Positions 25,414 to 32,000 of a DNA stretch of 32,000 nucleotides are shown here, in pieces. Under the pieces are notes generated by a model. The model was given only the letters and a program-made list of their open reading frames with translations. It did not search any database and was not told the origin of the DNA. Source of the stretch: Candidatus Pacearchaeota archaeon (GTDB taxonomy: Archaea; Nanobdellota; Nanobdellia; Pacearchaeales; UBA284). The DNA lies in contig CP061211.1 of assembly GCA_026016245.1 (NCBI GenBank), positions 390,001-422,000 on the forward strand, in the 5' to 3' direction. Both the position numbers and the translations under genes were made by a program. Positions within the stretch are counted from its first letter, which is position 1; each line of letters begins with the position of its first letter.

Positions 25414-26865
25414 ATGGTAAAAAAGAAGGTAAATAAAACTAAGAAAGAATTAGGCATCAAGGCAGAAAAAGATGAGTATAGTGAGTGGTATACACAAGCA
25501 ATTATAAAAGCAGATTTAGTTGATTACAGCCCTGTTTCTGGATGTCATATTCTCAAGCCTTATGGTTATGCTATATGGGAAATTATAAAGGAGGAAACAG
25601 ACAAGAGATTCAAGAAGTTAGGAATAGAGAATGTTTATTTTCCCCTGTTTATTCCAGAATCTCTCCTAAAGAAAGAGGCAGCACATCTAAAAGGATTTTC
25701 TCCAGAAGTAGCTTGGGTAACTGAAGCTGGAAAAAGAAAGTTACAGGAAAGATTGGCAATCAGACCAACCTCTGAAACCATAATGTACAGTTCATATGCT
25801 AAATGGATAAGAAGCTGGAGAGATTTGCCTTTGAAATATAACCAATGGAATAATATTGTAAGGTGGGAATTTAAGCATCCTATCCCTTTTCTCAGAACTA
25901 GAGAATTTTTATGGAATGAGGGCCATACAGTCTATGCTACAAAAGAAGAGGCATTAAGAGAAGAGAAACAAATCTTAGGAATTTATAATGAAATCTTAAT
26001 AAATTATATGGCTATAGCAGGTTTTGTTAGCAGAAAAACAGAATCAGAAAAATTTGCTGGAGCTGAATTTACAAAAGCAATAGAATGTCTGCTTCCAAAT
26101 GGCCGTGTAGTGCAAGGACCTGATTTTCATTATGACGGACAGATATTTGCCAAAGCATTCAATATACAATTTCTGAACAAACAAGGTAAAAAAGAGTATG
26201 TATGGCAGAATACTTGGGCAATAACAACAAGAATGATAGGAATTATGTTAGCAATCCATGGAGATGATAAAGGCCTTATTATTCCACCAAGAGTTGCTCC
26301 TATTCAAATTGTTATAATTCCTATTTTTAGGACAAAAGATAAGGTAAAAGTTCTAAAGAAAGCACAAGAATTAGATAAGAAACTAAAATTCAAAACTTTT
26401 CTAGATGATAGAGAGGAATATAGTCCTGGTTACAAATTCAATGATTGGGAAATGAAAGGTATTCCATTAAGAATAGAAATTGGGCCTAGAGATATTGCAA
26501 AAAATCAGGTTATAGTAGTGAGAAGAGATACAGGAAAGAAAGAAGTAGTGAAGTTAAAAAATCTGGATAAAGAACTTATTAAAATTCTAGATGATATTCA
26601 TAAAAATTTGCTCAAAAGATCTGAAGAGATGCTCAAAAAAGGAACTATAACAGCAAAAAATATGCTAGCATTAATTAAAGCTATCAAAAATAAAAAATTA
26701 GTTATCAGTGAATGGTGTGGAGGTAAAGAATGTGAGGATTGGATTAAAGCTAAAACAGCTGGAGCTAAAATCATAGGTATAAATGAGCAAGCTATAGCAA
26801 AAGGAAAATGTATTTATTGTGGTAAAAAAGCCAAATATGTTGTATGGATAGCTAAAACTTACTGA
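25414..26865 (+). CDS. proS: Prolyl-tRNA synthetase (archaeal/eukaryotic type)
   Basis: DEYSEWYTQAIIKADLVDYSPVSGCHILKPYGYAIWEIIKEETDKRFKKLGIENVYFPLFIPESLLKKEAAHLKGFSPEVAWVTEAG...LAIRPTSETIMY...WNNIVRWEFKHPIPFLRTREFLWNEGHT. Confidence 0.95.
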   Translation: MVKKKVNKTKKELGIKAEKDEYSEWYTQAIIKADLVDYSPVSGCHILKPYGYAIWEIIKEETDKRFKKLGIENVYFPLFIPESLLKKEAAHLKGFSPEVAWVTEAGKRKLQERLAIRPTSETIMYSSYAKWIRSWRDLPLKYNQWNNIVRWEFKHPIPFLRTREFLWNEGHTVYATKEEALREEKQILGIYNEILINYMAIAGFVSRKTESEKFAGAEFTKAIECLLPNGRVVQGPDFHYDGQIFAKAFNIQFLNKQGKKEYVWQNTWAITTRMIGIMLAIHGDDKGLIIPPRVAPIQIVIIPIFRTKDKVKVLKKAQELDKKLKFKTFLDDREEYSPGYKFNDWEMKGIPLRIEIGPRDIAKNQVIVVRRDTGKKEVVKLKNLDKELIKILDDIHKNLLKRSEEMLKKGTITAKNMLALIKAIKNKKLVISEWCGGKECEDWIKAKTAGAKIIGINEQAIAKGKCIYCGKKAKYVVWIAKTY

Positions 26866-26869
26866 TAAA

Positions 26870-27157
26870 ATGAAAAGTAAACAAATTGTTATATTGATTG
26901 CAATCTTGAGTATTATTATAATTCTAGCATGGTTTTTTTGGCCTTCAATATCAGAACAAACATGTGAACAAAAATGCAAAAGTTTAGGGTATGAAACAGG
27001 GATTTGTAGAAGTCATGCTGTAGTGCCTAATATGACAATATGTGAAGAAAATGAGATAAGTATAGGGCAGACAAGAGATTGTACAGCAGTTAAAAAATTT
27101 GGCAGAGTAATTTATAACGTAGTTATTGGGGTTGGAAAAACTTGTTGTTGTAGTTAA
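26870..27157 (+). CDS. Small membrane-anchored Cys-rich protein
   Basis: 95 aa: N-terminal TM QIVILIAILSIIIILAWFFWP followed by SISEQTCEQKCKSLGYETGICRSH...TICEENEISIGQTRDCTAV...GKTCCCS (8 Cys). Confidence 0.7.
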   Translation: MKSKQIVILIAILSIIIILAWFFWPSISEQTCEQKCKSLGYETGICRSHAVVPNMTICEENEISIGQTRDCTAVKKFGRVIYNVVIGVGKTCCCS

Positions 27158-27159
27158 AA

Positions 27160-27819
27160 ATGAAAGAAAAAATCATAGGCAGAGGAGCAGAAGCTTTATT
27201 AATAAAGAGGGGAAATTTACTTCTTAAGAGAAGGATTAAAAAAGGCTACAGGCACGGGAGGCTTGATTGGATGTTAAGAGCAAGCAGAACAAGAAGGGAG
27301 GCTAGAATCTTAAGAAAATCAGCTTCTGTAATTAATGTGCCCATGGTCAAGGCAATTGATGGCATGTCAAGAAGATCGCTTGAGCCAGAAACAGAAATTG
27401 AAATGGAGTTTATTCAAGGTAAGCTCTTGAGTGAATGGCTTGATAAAGTTCCTTTGATTAACGCTTTGAATGTTTGTGAAAAAATAGGCCAGAATACAGC
27501 TTTGATACATGATATTGATATTATCCATGGAGATCTGACTACTAGTAACATGATTCTAAAAGGCCAAAATTTGTATTTTATTGACTTTGGACTTGGATTT
27601 CATTCATCAAGAGTAGAGGATAGAGCAGTAGATTTGCATCTTTTAAGAGAAGCATTAGAATCAAAACATTTTAGGAAAGGGGAGGATTATTTTAGAGCTG
27701 TAATTAAAGGATATAAAACTTCTAAGAAAGCGAGTTTAATTATAGAAAGAATTAAAAAGGTTGAAGCCCGTGGAAGATATAAGGGAAAGGTTAAGGGTAA
27801 TGAACTATTAATTCCATAA
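27160..27819 (+). CDS. bud32: Kae1-associated serine/threonine kinase Bud32 (KEOPS component)
   Basis: IGRGAEALLIKRGNLLLKRRIKKGYRHGRLD...RTRREARILRKSA...IMEFIQGK-type; HGDLTTSNMIL, YFIDFGLGFHSSRVEDRAVDLHLLREALESKH. Confidence 0.9.
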   Translation: MKEKIIGRGAEALLIKRGNLLLKRRIKKGYRHGRLDWMLRASRTRREARILRKSASVINVPMVKAIDGMSRRSLEPETEIEMEFIQGKLLSEWLDKVPLINALNVCEKIGQNTALIHDIDIIHGDLTTSNMILKGQNLYFIDFGLGFHSSRVEDRAVDLHLLREALESKHFRKGEDYFRAVIKGYKTSKKASLIIERIKKVEARGRYKGKVKGNELLIP

Positions 27820-27821
27820 AC

Positions 27822-27827
27822 TTTATA
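27822..27827 (+). promoter_or_regulatory. TATA-like box (TTTATA) of rps17e
   Basis: Centred 28.5 nt upstream of ATG 27853; matches the spacing at other genes in the window. Confidence 0.5.
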
Positions 27828-27852
27828 CACATTCACGCTAAAATTTAATACA

Positions 27853-28044
27853 ATGGGCCGAGTGAAATCATTATCTATCAAAAGAACAACAAGAAAATTA
27901 CTAGAGAAACATCCAAATCTATTTACAGATGATTTTGAGAAAAATAAAAAGATTTTAGATGAAATACTAGAAATAAATAAAAGAACAAAGAATAGTATTG
28001 CTGGATATATCACAAGATTAGTCAAAAAAGAAAAAAATAAATAA
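27853..28044 (+). CDS. rps17e: Ribosomal protein S17e
   Basis: MGRVKSLSIKRTTRKLLEKHPNLFTDDFEKNKKILDEI...KRTKNSIAGYITRLVKKEK. Confidence 0.9.
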   Translation: MGRVKSLSIKRTTRKLLEKHPNLFTDDFEKNKKILDEILEINKRTKNSIAGYITRLVKKEKNK

Positions 28045-28049
28045 GTTAT

Positions 28050-28061
28050 GCTAAGCTTAGC
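28050..28061. repeat. 12-bp perfect palindrome GCTAAGCTTAGC in alba 5' region
   Basis: Read directly; self-complementary over all 12 positions. Confidence 0.9.
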
Positions 28062-28090
28062 TTAGAAACAGAAAACAAAAGACAAAATTT

Positions 28091-28096
28091 GGAGGT
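28091..28096 (+). promoter_or_regulatory. Shine-Dalgarno-like GGAGGT upstream of alba
   Basis: ggaggt followed by 12 nt (aaaataaacaaa) then ATG 28109. Confidence 0.6.
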
Positions 28097-28108
28097 AAAA
28101 TAAACAAA

Positions 28109-28402
28109 ATGGCTGAAAGAACAGAAGAAAACATTGTTTTTATTGGAGGAAAACCTTTTATGAACTATGTTACTGGTGTAGTGATGCAATTTACAACTAA
28201 GGGAGCTAAGGAAGTTACAATTAAGGCAAGAGGTAAGTTCATTGCAAGAGCAGTTGATGTGGCAGAAGTAGCAACAAAACGTTTCCTTAAAGAACAGGGA
28301 ATTGAAGTGAAGGACATAAAAATTAACAGTGAGGAATTTGAAAACAAGGAAGGTAAAAAGGTCAATGTTTCAACAATAGACATCATTTTAGTAAAGAAAT
28401 AA
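28109..28402 (+). CDS. alba: DNA/RNA-binding protein Alba
   Basis: [90 protein letters not shown]. Confidence 0.95.
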   Translation: MAERTEENIVFIGGKPFMNYVTGVVMQFTTKGAKEVTIKARGKFIARAVDVAEVATKRFLKEQGIEVKDIKINSEEFENKEGKKVNVSTIDIILVKK

Positions 28403-28430
28403 GGTCAGTTTTTCTTTTCTTTTTTAATTT

Positions 28431-28634
28431 TTATTTTTCATGCAAGATACTTAGTCCTACAAATATAGCTATCAGAATAAGTACTATCCAAATTAACGTC
28501 CATGCAGAAAAAACACTACCTATGACTGCTCCTGTTATTGTTGCATTAAAAGAGATAATCAAAAAGACAAAGAAAGTAATCACTATAGCCAAAATCAACA
28601 AAAGTATTGGGAATTTTTTATCTCTATTTTTCAT
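28431..28634 (-). CDS. Small two-TM membrane protein
   Basis: 67 aa: MKNRDKKFPILLLILAIVITFFVFLIISFNATITGAVIGSVFSAWTLIWIVLILIAIFVGLSILHEK; ATG 10 nt downstream of tRNA-Met 3' end. Confidence 0.6.
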   Translation of the reverse strand: MKNRDKKFPILLLILAIVITFFVFLIISFNATITGAVIGSVFSAWTLIWIVLILIAIFVGLSILHEK

Positions 28635-28644
28635 TTTTAAAAAA

Positions 28645-28718
28645 TGCCGGTGAGGAGATTTGAACTCCTGACCCCGAGCTTATGAGACTCGTGCTCTAAC
28701 CAACTGAGCTACACCGGC
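28645..28718 (-). tRNA. tRNA-Met (anticodon CAT)
   Basis: Minus strand GCCGGTG TA GCTC AGTTGGTTA GAGC A CGAGT CTCATAA GCTCG GGGTC AGGAG TTCAAAT CTCCT CACCGGC A folds into a complete cloverleaf; no encoded CCA; T-run directly downstream. Confidence 0.93.
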
Positions 28719-28741
28719 TCAAGAATACAAAACAGGGGAAA

Positions 28742-28747
28742 TTTAAA
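28742..28747 (-). promoter_or_regulatory. TATA-like box (TTTAAA) of tRNA-Met
   Basis: Centred 26.5 nt upstream of mature tRNA 5' end (28718). Confidence 0.55.
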
Positions 28748-28752
28748 AATCT

Positions 28753-29562
28753 TTAGTAATTATAATAAAGAACTAATTTCTCGTCGGAATCTCGTAAAAA
28801 TAAGCTATCTCCATCATTATTCCAGACAACAGGACATTTTCCTCCTCTATTCCAGTAAAGGTCTGTTTCATTATCATTGCCAGAGCCGCTGTGTAGTGTA
28901 AATGAAGCACCTGAACTCAAAATAAAATCTTCAAATGTATAGACATGTCTAGCAGAATCTTTTATTATCCAGCCGTTCATATTAATATCATCACAGCCAT
29001 TCTTAATAATAACATACTCTTCATTAGGAATTTCACAATCACTACCTTCAGGATCATAATTGAATTCTTTTATAGAAAAGCAGCCAAAAAATGAACTTTT
29101 TTCAAACAAGCAGCCTTCTGTCTTTTCTATTGTAGATTCAAAAATAGATTTATATTTCATATTTGGCTCAATAATAAGAAGAGCAGCTAATCCTTCATCT
29201 ATCAATATTAAATTTACAAAATCATCATAATTTTCTGGATTTGTATTATATCCAAGAAAAATATATCTCAATTTTCTGTCATATTGATCTGTATTTTGCA
29301 TATCTCTTTCTAACCACACAGTTTTATTTTCCACTAATTCCTTTAATCTTTCTTTTGCTTCTTCATAACATCTCTCACCTTTTTCTGCTGTATTAATATG
29401 TAATAGTCTTATTGTATCACCATTTTCTAATTTTACTGTATCTCCATCGATAACTTCAATAACTTTGGCTGATTCAAGAATTCTTTTGCTTGTTGTTGGT
29501 TCTTGGATACAGCCAGAAATGAATAAGATACAAACGAGAAAGATTAATATTATTTTTTTCAT
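28753..29562 (-). CDS. Secreted thermonuclease (SNase-like) with C-terminal lamin-tail-like domain, possible lipoprotein
   Basis: Signal with LFISGC; VIEVIDGDTVKLENGDTIRLLHINTAEKGERCYEEA...NTDQYDRKLRYIFLG; then NEEYVIIKNGCDDINMNGWIIKDSARHVYTFEDFILSSGASFTLHSG (LTD-like). Confidence 0.85.
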   Translation of the reverse strand: MKKIILIFLVCILFISGCIQEPTTSKRILESAKVIEVIDGDTVKLENGDTIRLLHINTAEKGERCYEEAKERLKELVENKTVWLERDMQNTDQYDRKLRYIFLGYNTNPENYDDFVNLILIDEGLAALLIIEPNMKYKSIFESTIEKTEGCLFEKSSFFGCFSIKEFNYDPEGSDCEIPNEEYVIIKNGCDDINMNGWIIKDSARHVYTFEDFILSSGASFTLHSGSGNDNETDLYWNRGGKCPVVWNNDGDSLFLRDSDEKLVLYYNY

Positions 29563-30212
29563 TTTTTTGAAAGTTCTCTTAGAGCATCATTAGCAATCCA
29601 CTTAGCTGTTCTAGAATCTTTTTTTAAGATTTCTTTTGTTGTTTTGATTGCTTCTTTTTTCAATTGAGAATTTCTCTTACCAATCTGTCTTAAAGCCCAA
29701 TTAACTGCTTTCTTTACAAAATTTCTTTCATCAATAGATTCTTTTTTAATTATTAGTAGAAATCGAATGAATTTTTTATTTTCTGCTTTTTTATCCTTCC
29801 AAGCAAGACAAGCCATTAAAGCAAATCCAGCTCTTTTTTCAAACTCTTTTTTTCTTTTTGACCACTCCATTGCTTTTTCGTATGCACATGGGAGTTGATA
29901 AAAAAGATTCATACATGTTTGATCACAGACATCCCAAGAATCAAAATCTTTAATCCATAAATCCATCTGCTTTTCTGTAACTTTTTTTGGCTCATCAATA
30001 ATACTAGCTAAAATCCTTGCTTCATGAATTCTTGATTTCCATAACTTTAGTGCTAGTTCATGATTTTTACCTATCTTTTTACCAAGGTTTCTAATATTTG
30101 GCATTGAGATTCCAAGCATAGTTTCTCCTTTAATCCCAAATTGCTTCATACCTTCTATATTTTTTGGATTTCTAAATTTCTTTAATTCTTTAATAATTTG
30201 TTCATATTTCAT
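29559..30212 (-). CDS. DNA alkylation repair protein, AlkD-like HEAT-repeat family
   Basis: MKYEQIIKELKKFRNPKNIEGMKQFGIKGETMLGISMPNIRNLGKKIGKNHELALKLWKSRIHEARILASIIDEP...SWDVCDQTCMNLF...WALRQIGKRN. Track start 30248 is a GTG inside the tRNA gene; ATG 30212 used here. Confidence 0.85.
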   Translation of the reverse strand: MKYEQIIKELKKFRNPKNIEGMKQFGIKGETMLGISMPNIRNLGKKIGKNHELALKLWKSRIHEARILASIIDEPKKVTEKQMDLWIKDFDSWDVCDQTCMNLFYQLPCAYEKAMEWSKRKKEFEKRAGFALMACLAWKDKKAENKKFIRFLLIIKKESIDERNFVKKAVNWALRQIGKRNSQLKKEAIKTTKEILKKDSRTAKWIANDALRELSKK

Positions 30213-30218
30213 TTGAAA

Positions 30219-30290
30219 TGCCCCCACGCGGACTCGAACCGCGATCACCGGCTCCGCAAGCCAGCAGTCTATCCATTAACCTATAGGGGC
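30219..30290 (-). tRNA. tRNA-Arg (anticodon GCG)
   Basis: Minus strand GCCCCTA TA GGTT AATGGATA GACT G CTGGC TTGCGGA GCCGG TGAT CGCGG TTCGAGT CCGCG TGGGGGC A; acceptor, anticodon and T stems pair; D stem uses G-T pairs; no encoded CCA. Confidence 0.85.
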
Positions 30291-30372
30291 CAAAATAAAA
30301 AAGAAGAGAGAATTAAAAAAGCTTTGGACTTTTGTAATTTTCTGAAAAGAAAAATTAGAGGGGATAACTGAG

Positions 30373-31509
30373 TTATATAGCTTCCAAGGATGCTTCACAG
30401 ATTTTTATATATTTATTCATGATTTTATCCCAATGTAAATAGCTTTTTATTTGTTCTCTAGTTCCTTCTTTTATTTTTAAACTAGTGGTTTCTATAATTT
30501 TGTTTAAAACTTTTTCTGCTGAACTGAAATCCTCTAATACCAAATTTGTTAGCCCAAGATCTCTAAATATTTCTGATACCCCCATATTTTCACTAACCAA
30601 TGCAGGAGTTCCTGTTGCAATAGCTTCCAGAGACACATTGCCATATGTTTCAAAGTGAGAAGGACATACTATTACTGTCATTTTCATGAAAAATTGCCTT
30701 AATTTATAAGTACTCATCTCTGGGACTATCTCTATATCTCTATCTTCTAATTTCTTTCTTATTTCTTTATCTTTTTTTATTTCTGACACTGCTAAAATAT
30801 GATAGTTACTGCTCTTTTTATCTAATGCTCTTGCTAAGGATATAAGAAATTCTATATTTTTTATTGGATGGGCTCTGCCTACAAATCCTATTGAATTCTT
30901 TTTTTTAGTAATACATTCCTCTTTGAAAAATTCTGGGGCTACACCATTGGGGATGACTATAGAATTCTTGATTTTCCTTCTGAATATTTTTTCTATTTCT
31001 CTCTTAGTAAGTTTTGAAGGGAAAACATAGAAATTATTTGGCCTATCAAAATCCAGTTCTATCTGTTTAAACAGGTGTAATAGGGGGGCTGGAGTACCCG
31101 CCTCTTCTTTTGTTAAAATTCCTGCATAATTAACTATTGTTGGTTTATTAAGGTTTTTTGATGCTTTATATATCATCCAAGGAGCATAGAATGTTCCTTC
31201 AGACAATACCACATCTATTCTTTCATCTTTCATTATTTCTTGAATTTCTTTTATAGTAGGTTTAAGTCTTCTTTCCAAATCATTAATATCCCTAAGTCCC
31301 CTATAAATATCCATCGAACAATTTACTCCTTTTCCGACAGTAAGGTGATAAATCTTCACAGAGCCTCTTTCTTCTATTTTAGGTTTTTCTTTTGTTATGC
31401 CTATGACTACTAATGGGATTCCTTTTTCTTCACAATAGCGAATCATTTCATTAGCTCTTCTCGCTATCCCCCCTCCAGAATGTAAATTTGTGTTTGTTAA
31501 GATTCTCAT
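30373..31509 (-). CDS. Glycosyltransferase family 4 (GT-B) protein
   Basis: MRILTNTNLHSGGGIARRANEMIRYCEEKGI...IPNGVAPEFF...NSIGFVGRAHPIKNIEFLISLARAL...VCPSHFETYGNVSLEAIATGTPALVSENMGVSEIF. Track start 31524 is TTG; ATG 31509 preferred. Confidence 0.85.
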   Translation of the reverse strand: MRILTNTNLHSGGGIARRANEMIRYCEEKGIPLVVIGITKEKPKIEERGSVKIYHLTVGKGVNCSMDIYRGLRDINDLERRLKPTIKEIQEIMKDERIDVVLSEGTFYAPWMIYKASKNLNKPTIVNYAGILTKEEAGTPAPLLHLFKQIELDFDRPNNFYVFPSKLTKREIEKIFRRKIKNSIVIPNGVAPEFFKEECITKKKNSIGFVGRAHPIKNIEFLISLARALDKKSSNYHILAVSEIKKDKEIRKKLEDRDIEIVPEMSTYKLRQFFMKMTVIVCPSHFETYGNVSLEAIATGTPALVSENMGVSEIFRDLGLTNLVLEDFSSAEKVLNKIIETTSLKIKEGTREQIKSYLHWDKIMNKYIKICEASLEAI

Positions 31510-31623
31510 GTTATTATTGACCAAAAAACCTGTGGAGTATCAAAAAGGTAATTCTTTAAAAATTTTTCCTAAAAAACATGGCTTTGCTACCACCTGGGAA
31601 CAAAATTAAACAAATTCAAATAA

Positions 31624-32000
31624 CTAAACCAAAGTTTCTTGTTTTTCAGTCTCAATTATTGCTTCTCCATACTGGCCATCAAAACCTGGTTTTACTTTAA
31701 TTTTCTCCCCTCTATTTTTCAAGATAGCAGATGCAATTTTATCTGTTGTTATCTTTCTTAAATCTTCTACTGGAACATTTAGAAGAATATTATATTCGTC
31801 TTTGAATTTATCTATCAATTTATTATATTCAGCCCATACTTTTTTAGTTGACATTGCTGAATTAAGTAGCTTAGAGAGAATTTCATGTAAAGGTAATAAG
31901 GTATAGAACTTTACAGCTTCTTTTGGTTTGTATCCTTTTTTTCTGTCTGCCAGCTCTTCAACTCTATGTTCTACACCTATTGTTAATGGCTTCTTACATA
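31624..32000 (-). CDS. Endonuclease Q-like (TIGR00375-type) protein, C-terminal part, truncated by window edge
   Basis: Frame extends upstream of the track ORF to the window edge: CKKPLTIGVEHRVEELADRKKGYKPKEAVKFYTLLPLHEILSKLLNSAMSTKKVWAEYNKLIDKFKDEYNILLNVPVEDLRKITTDKIASAILKNRGEKIKVKPGFDGQYGEAII; matches my memory of the EndoQ C-terminus. Stop TAG. Confidence 0.75.
   Translation of the reverse strand, partial: CKKPLTIGVEHRVEELADRKKGYKPKEAVKFYTLLPLHEILSKLLNSAMSTKKVWAEYNKLIDKFKDEYNILLNVPVEDLRKITTDKIASAILKNRGEKIKVKPGFDGQYGEAIIETEKQETLV

Noticed and set aside
30213-30248. GTG start at 30248 for the AlkD-like ORF
   Set aside because: The 5' extension lies in the tRNA-Arg gene and encodes nothing resembling the family; ATG at 30212 gives the expected N-terminus.
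1-32000. CRISPR array, transposase, integrase, rRNA or recognised anti-phage operon
   Set aside because: No spaced direct repeats, no terminal inverted repeats and no cas/transposase/recombinase-like products were seen on either strand.

Overview
AT-rich archaeal window, most likely from a DPANN-type genome (Pacearchaeota/Woesearchaeota-like). The taxonomic inference rests on a fused small+large-subunit primase, a 'KRGQVTLFII' pilin-like membrane protein, Alba, S17e, Bud32, archaeal-type ProRS and an Endonuclease Q C-terminus. Housekeeping genes alternate with an envelope block at about 2-21 kb. That block contains two adjacent toroid-like/Cys-rich single-pass proteins, a lamin-tail-domain protein, a beta-strand-rich protein whose reading frame is interrupted by one amber codon and then stays open for 94 codons, a 2151-aa surface protein with many N-x-S/T sequons and repeated four-Cys modules, and a 574-aa partner with a 15-Gly linker and a C-terminal membrane anchor. 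I identified two tRNA genes (Met-CAT and Arg-GCG) by folding them by hand. Each is followed within 6-10 nt by an ORF start, with no room for a separate promoter. Several genes show a TTTAAA/TTTATA box centred about 24-29 nt upstream of the start ATG, which suggests leaderless transcription and lets some start codons be corrected. I found no CRISPR array, transposon, rRNA or recognised defence operon. The strongest leads are the amber-interrupted envelope gene and its neighbours, the tRNA-ORF dicistrons, the Cys-rich envelope families, and a degenerate receiver protein paired with a protein of unknown function.
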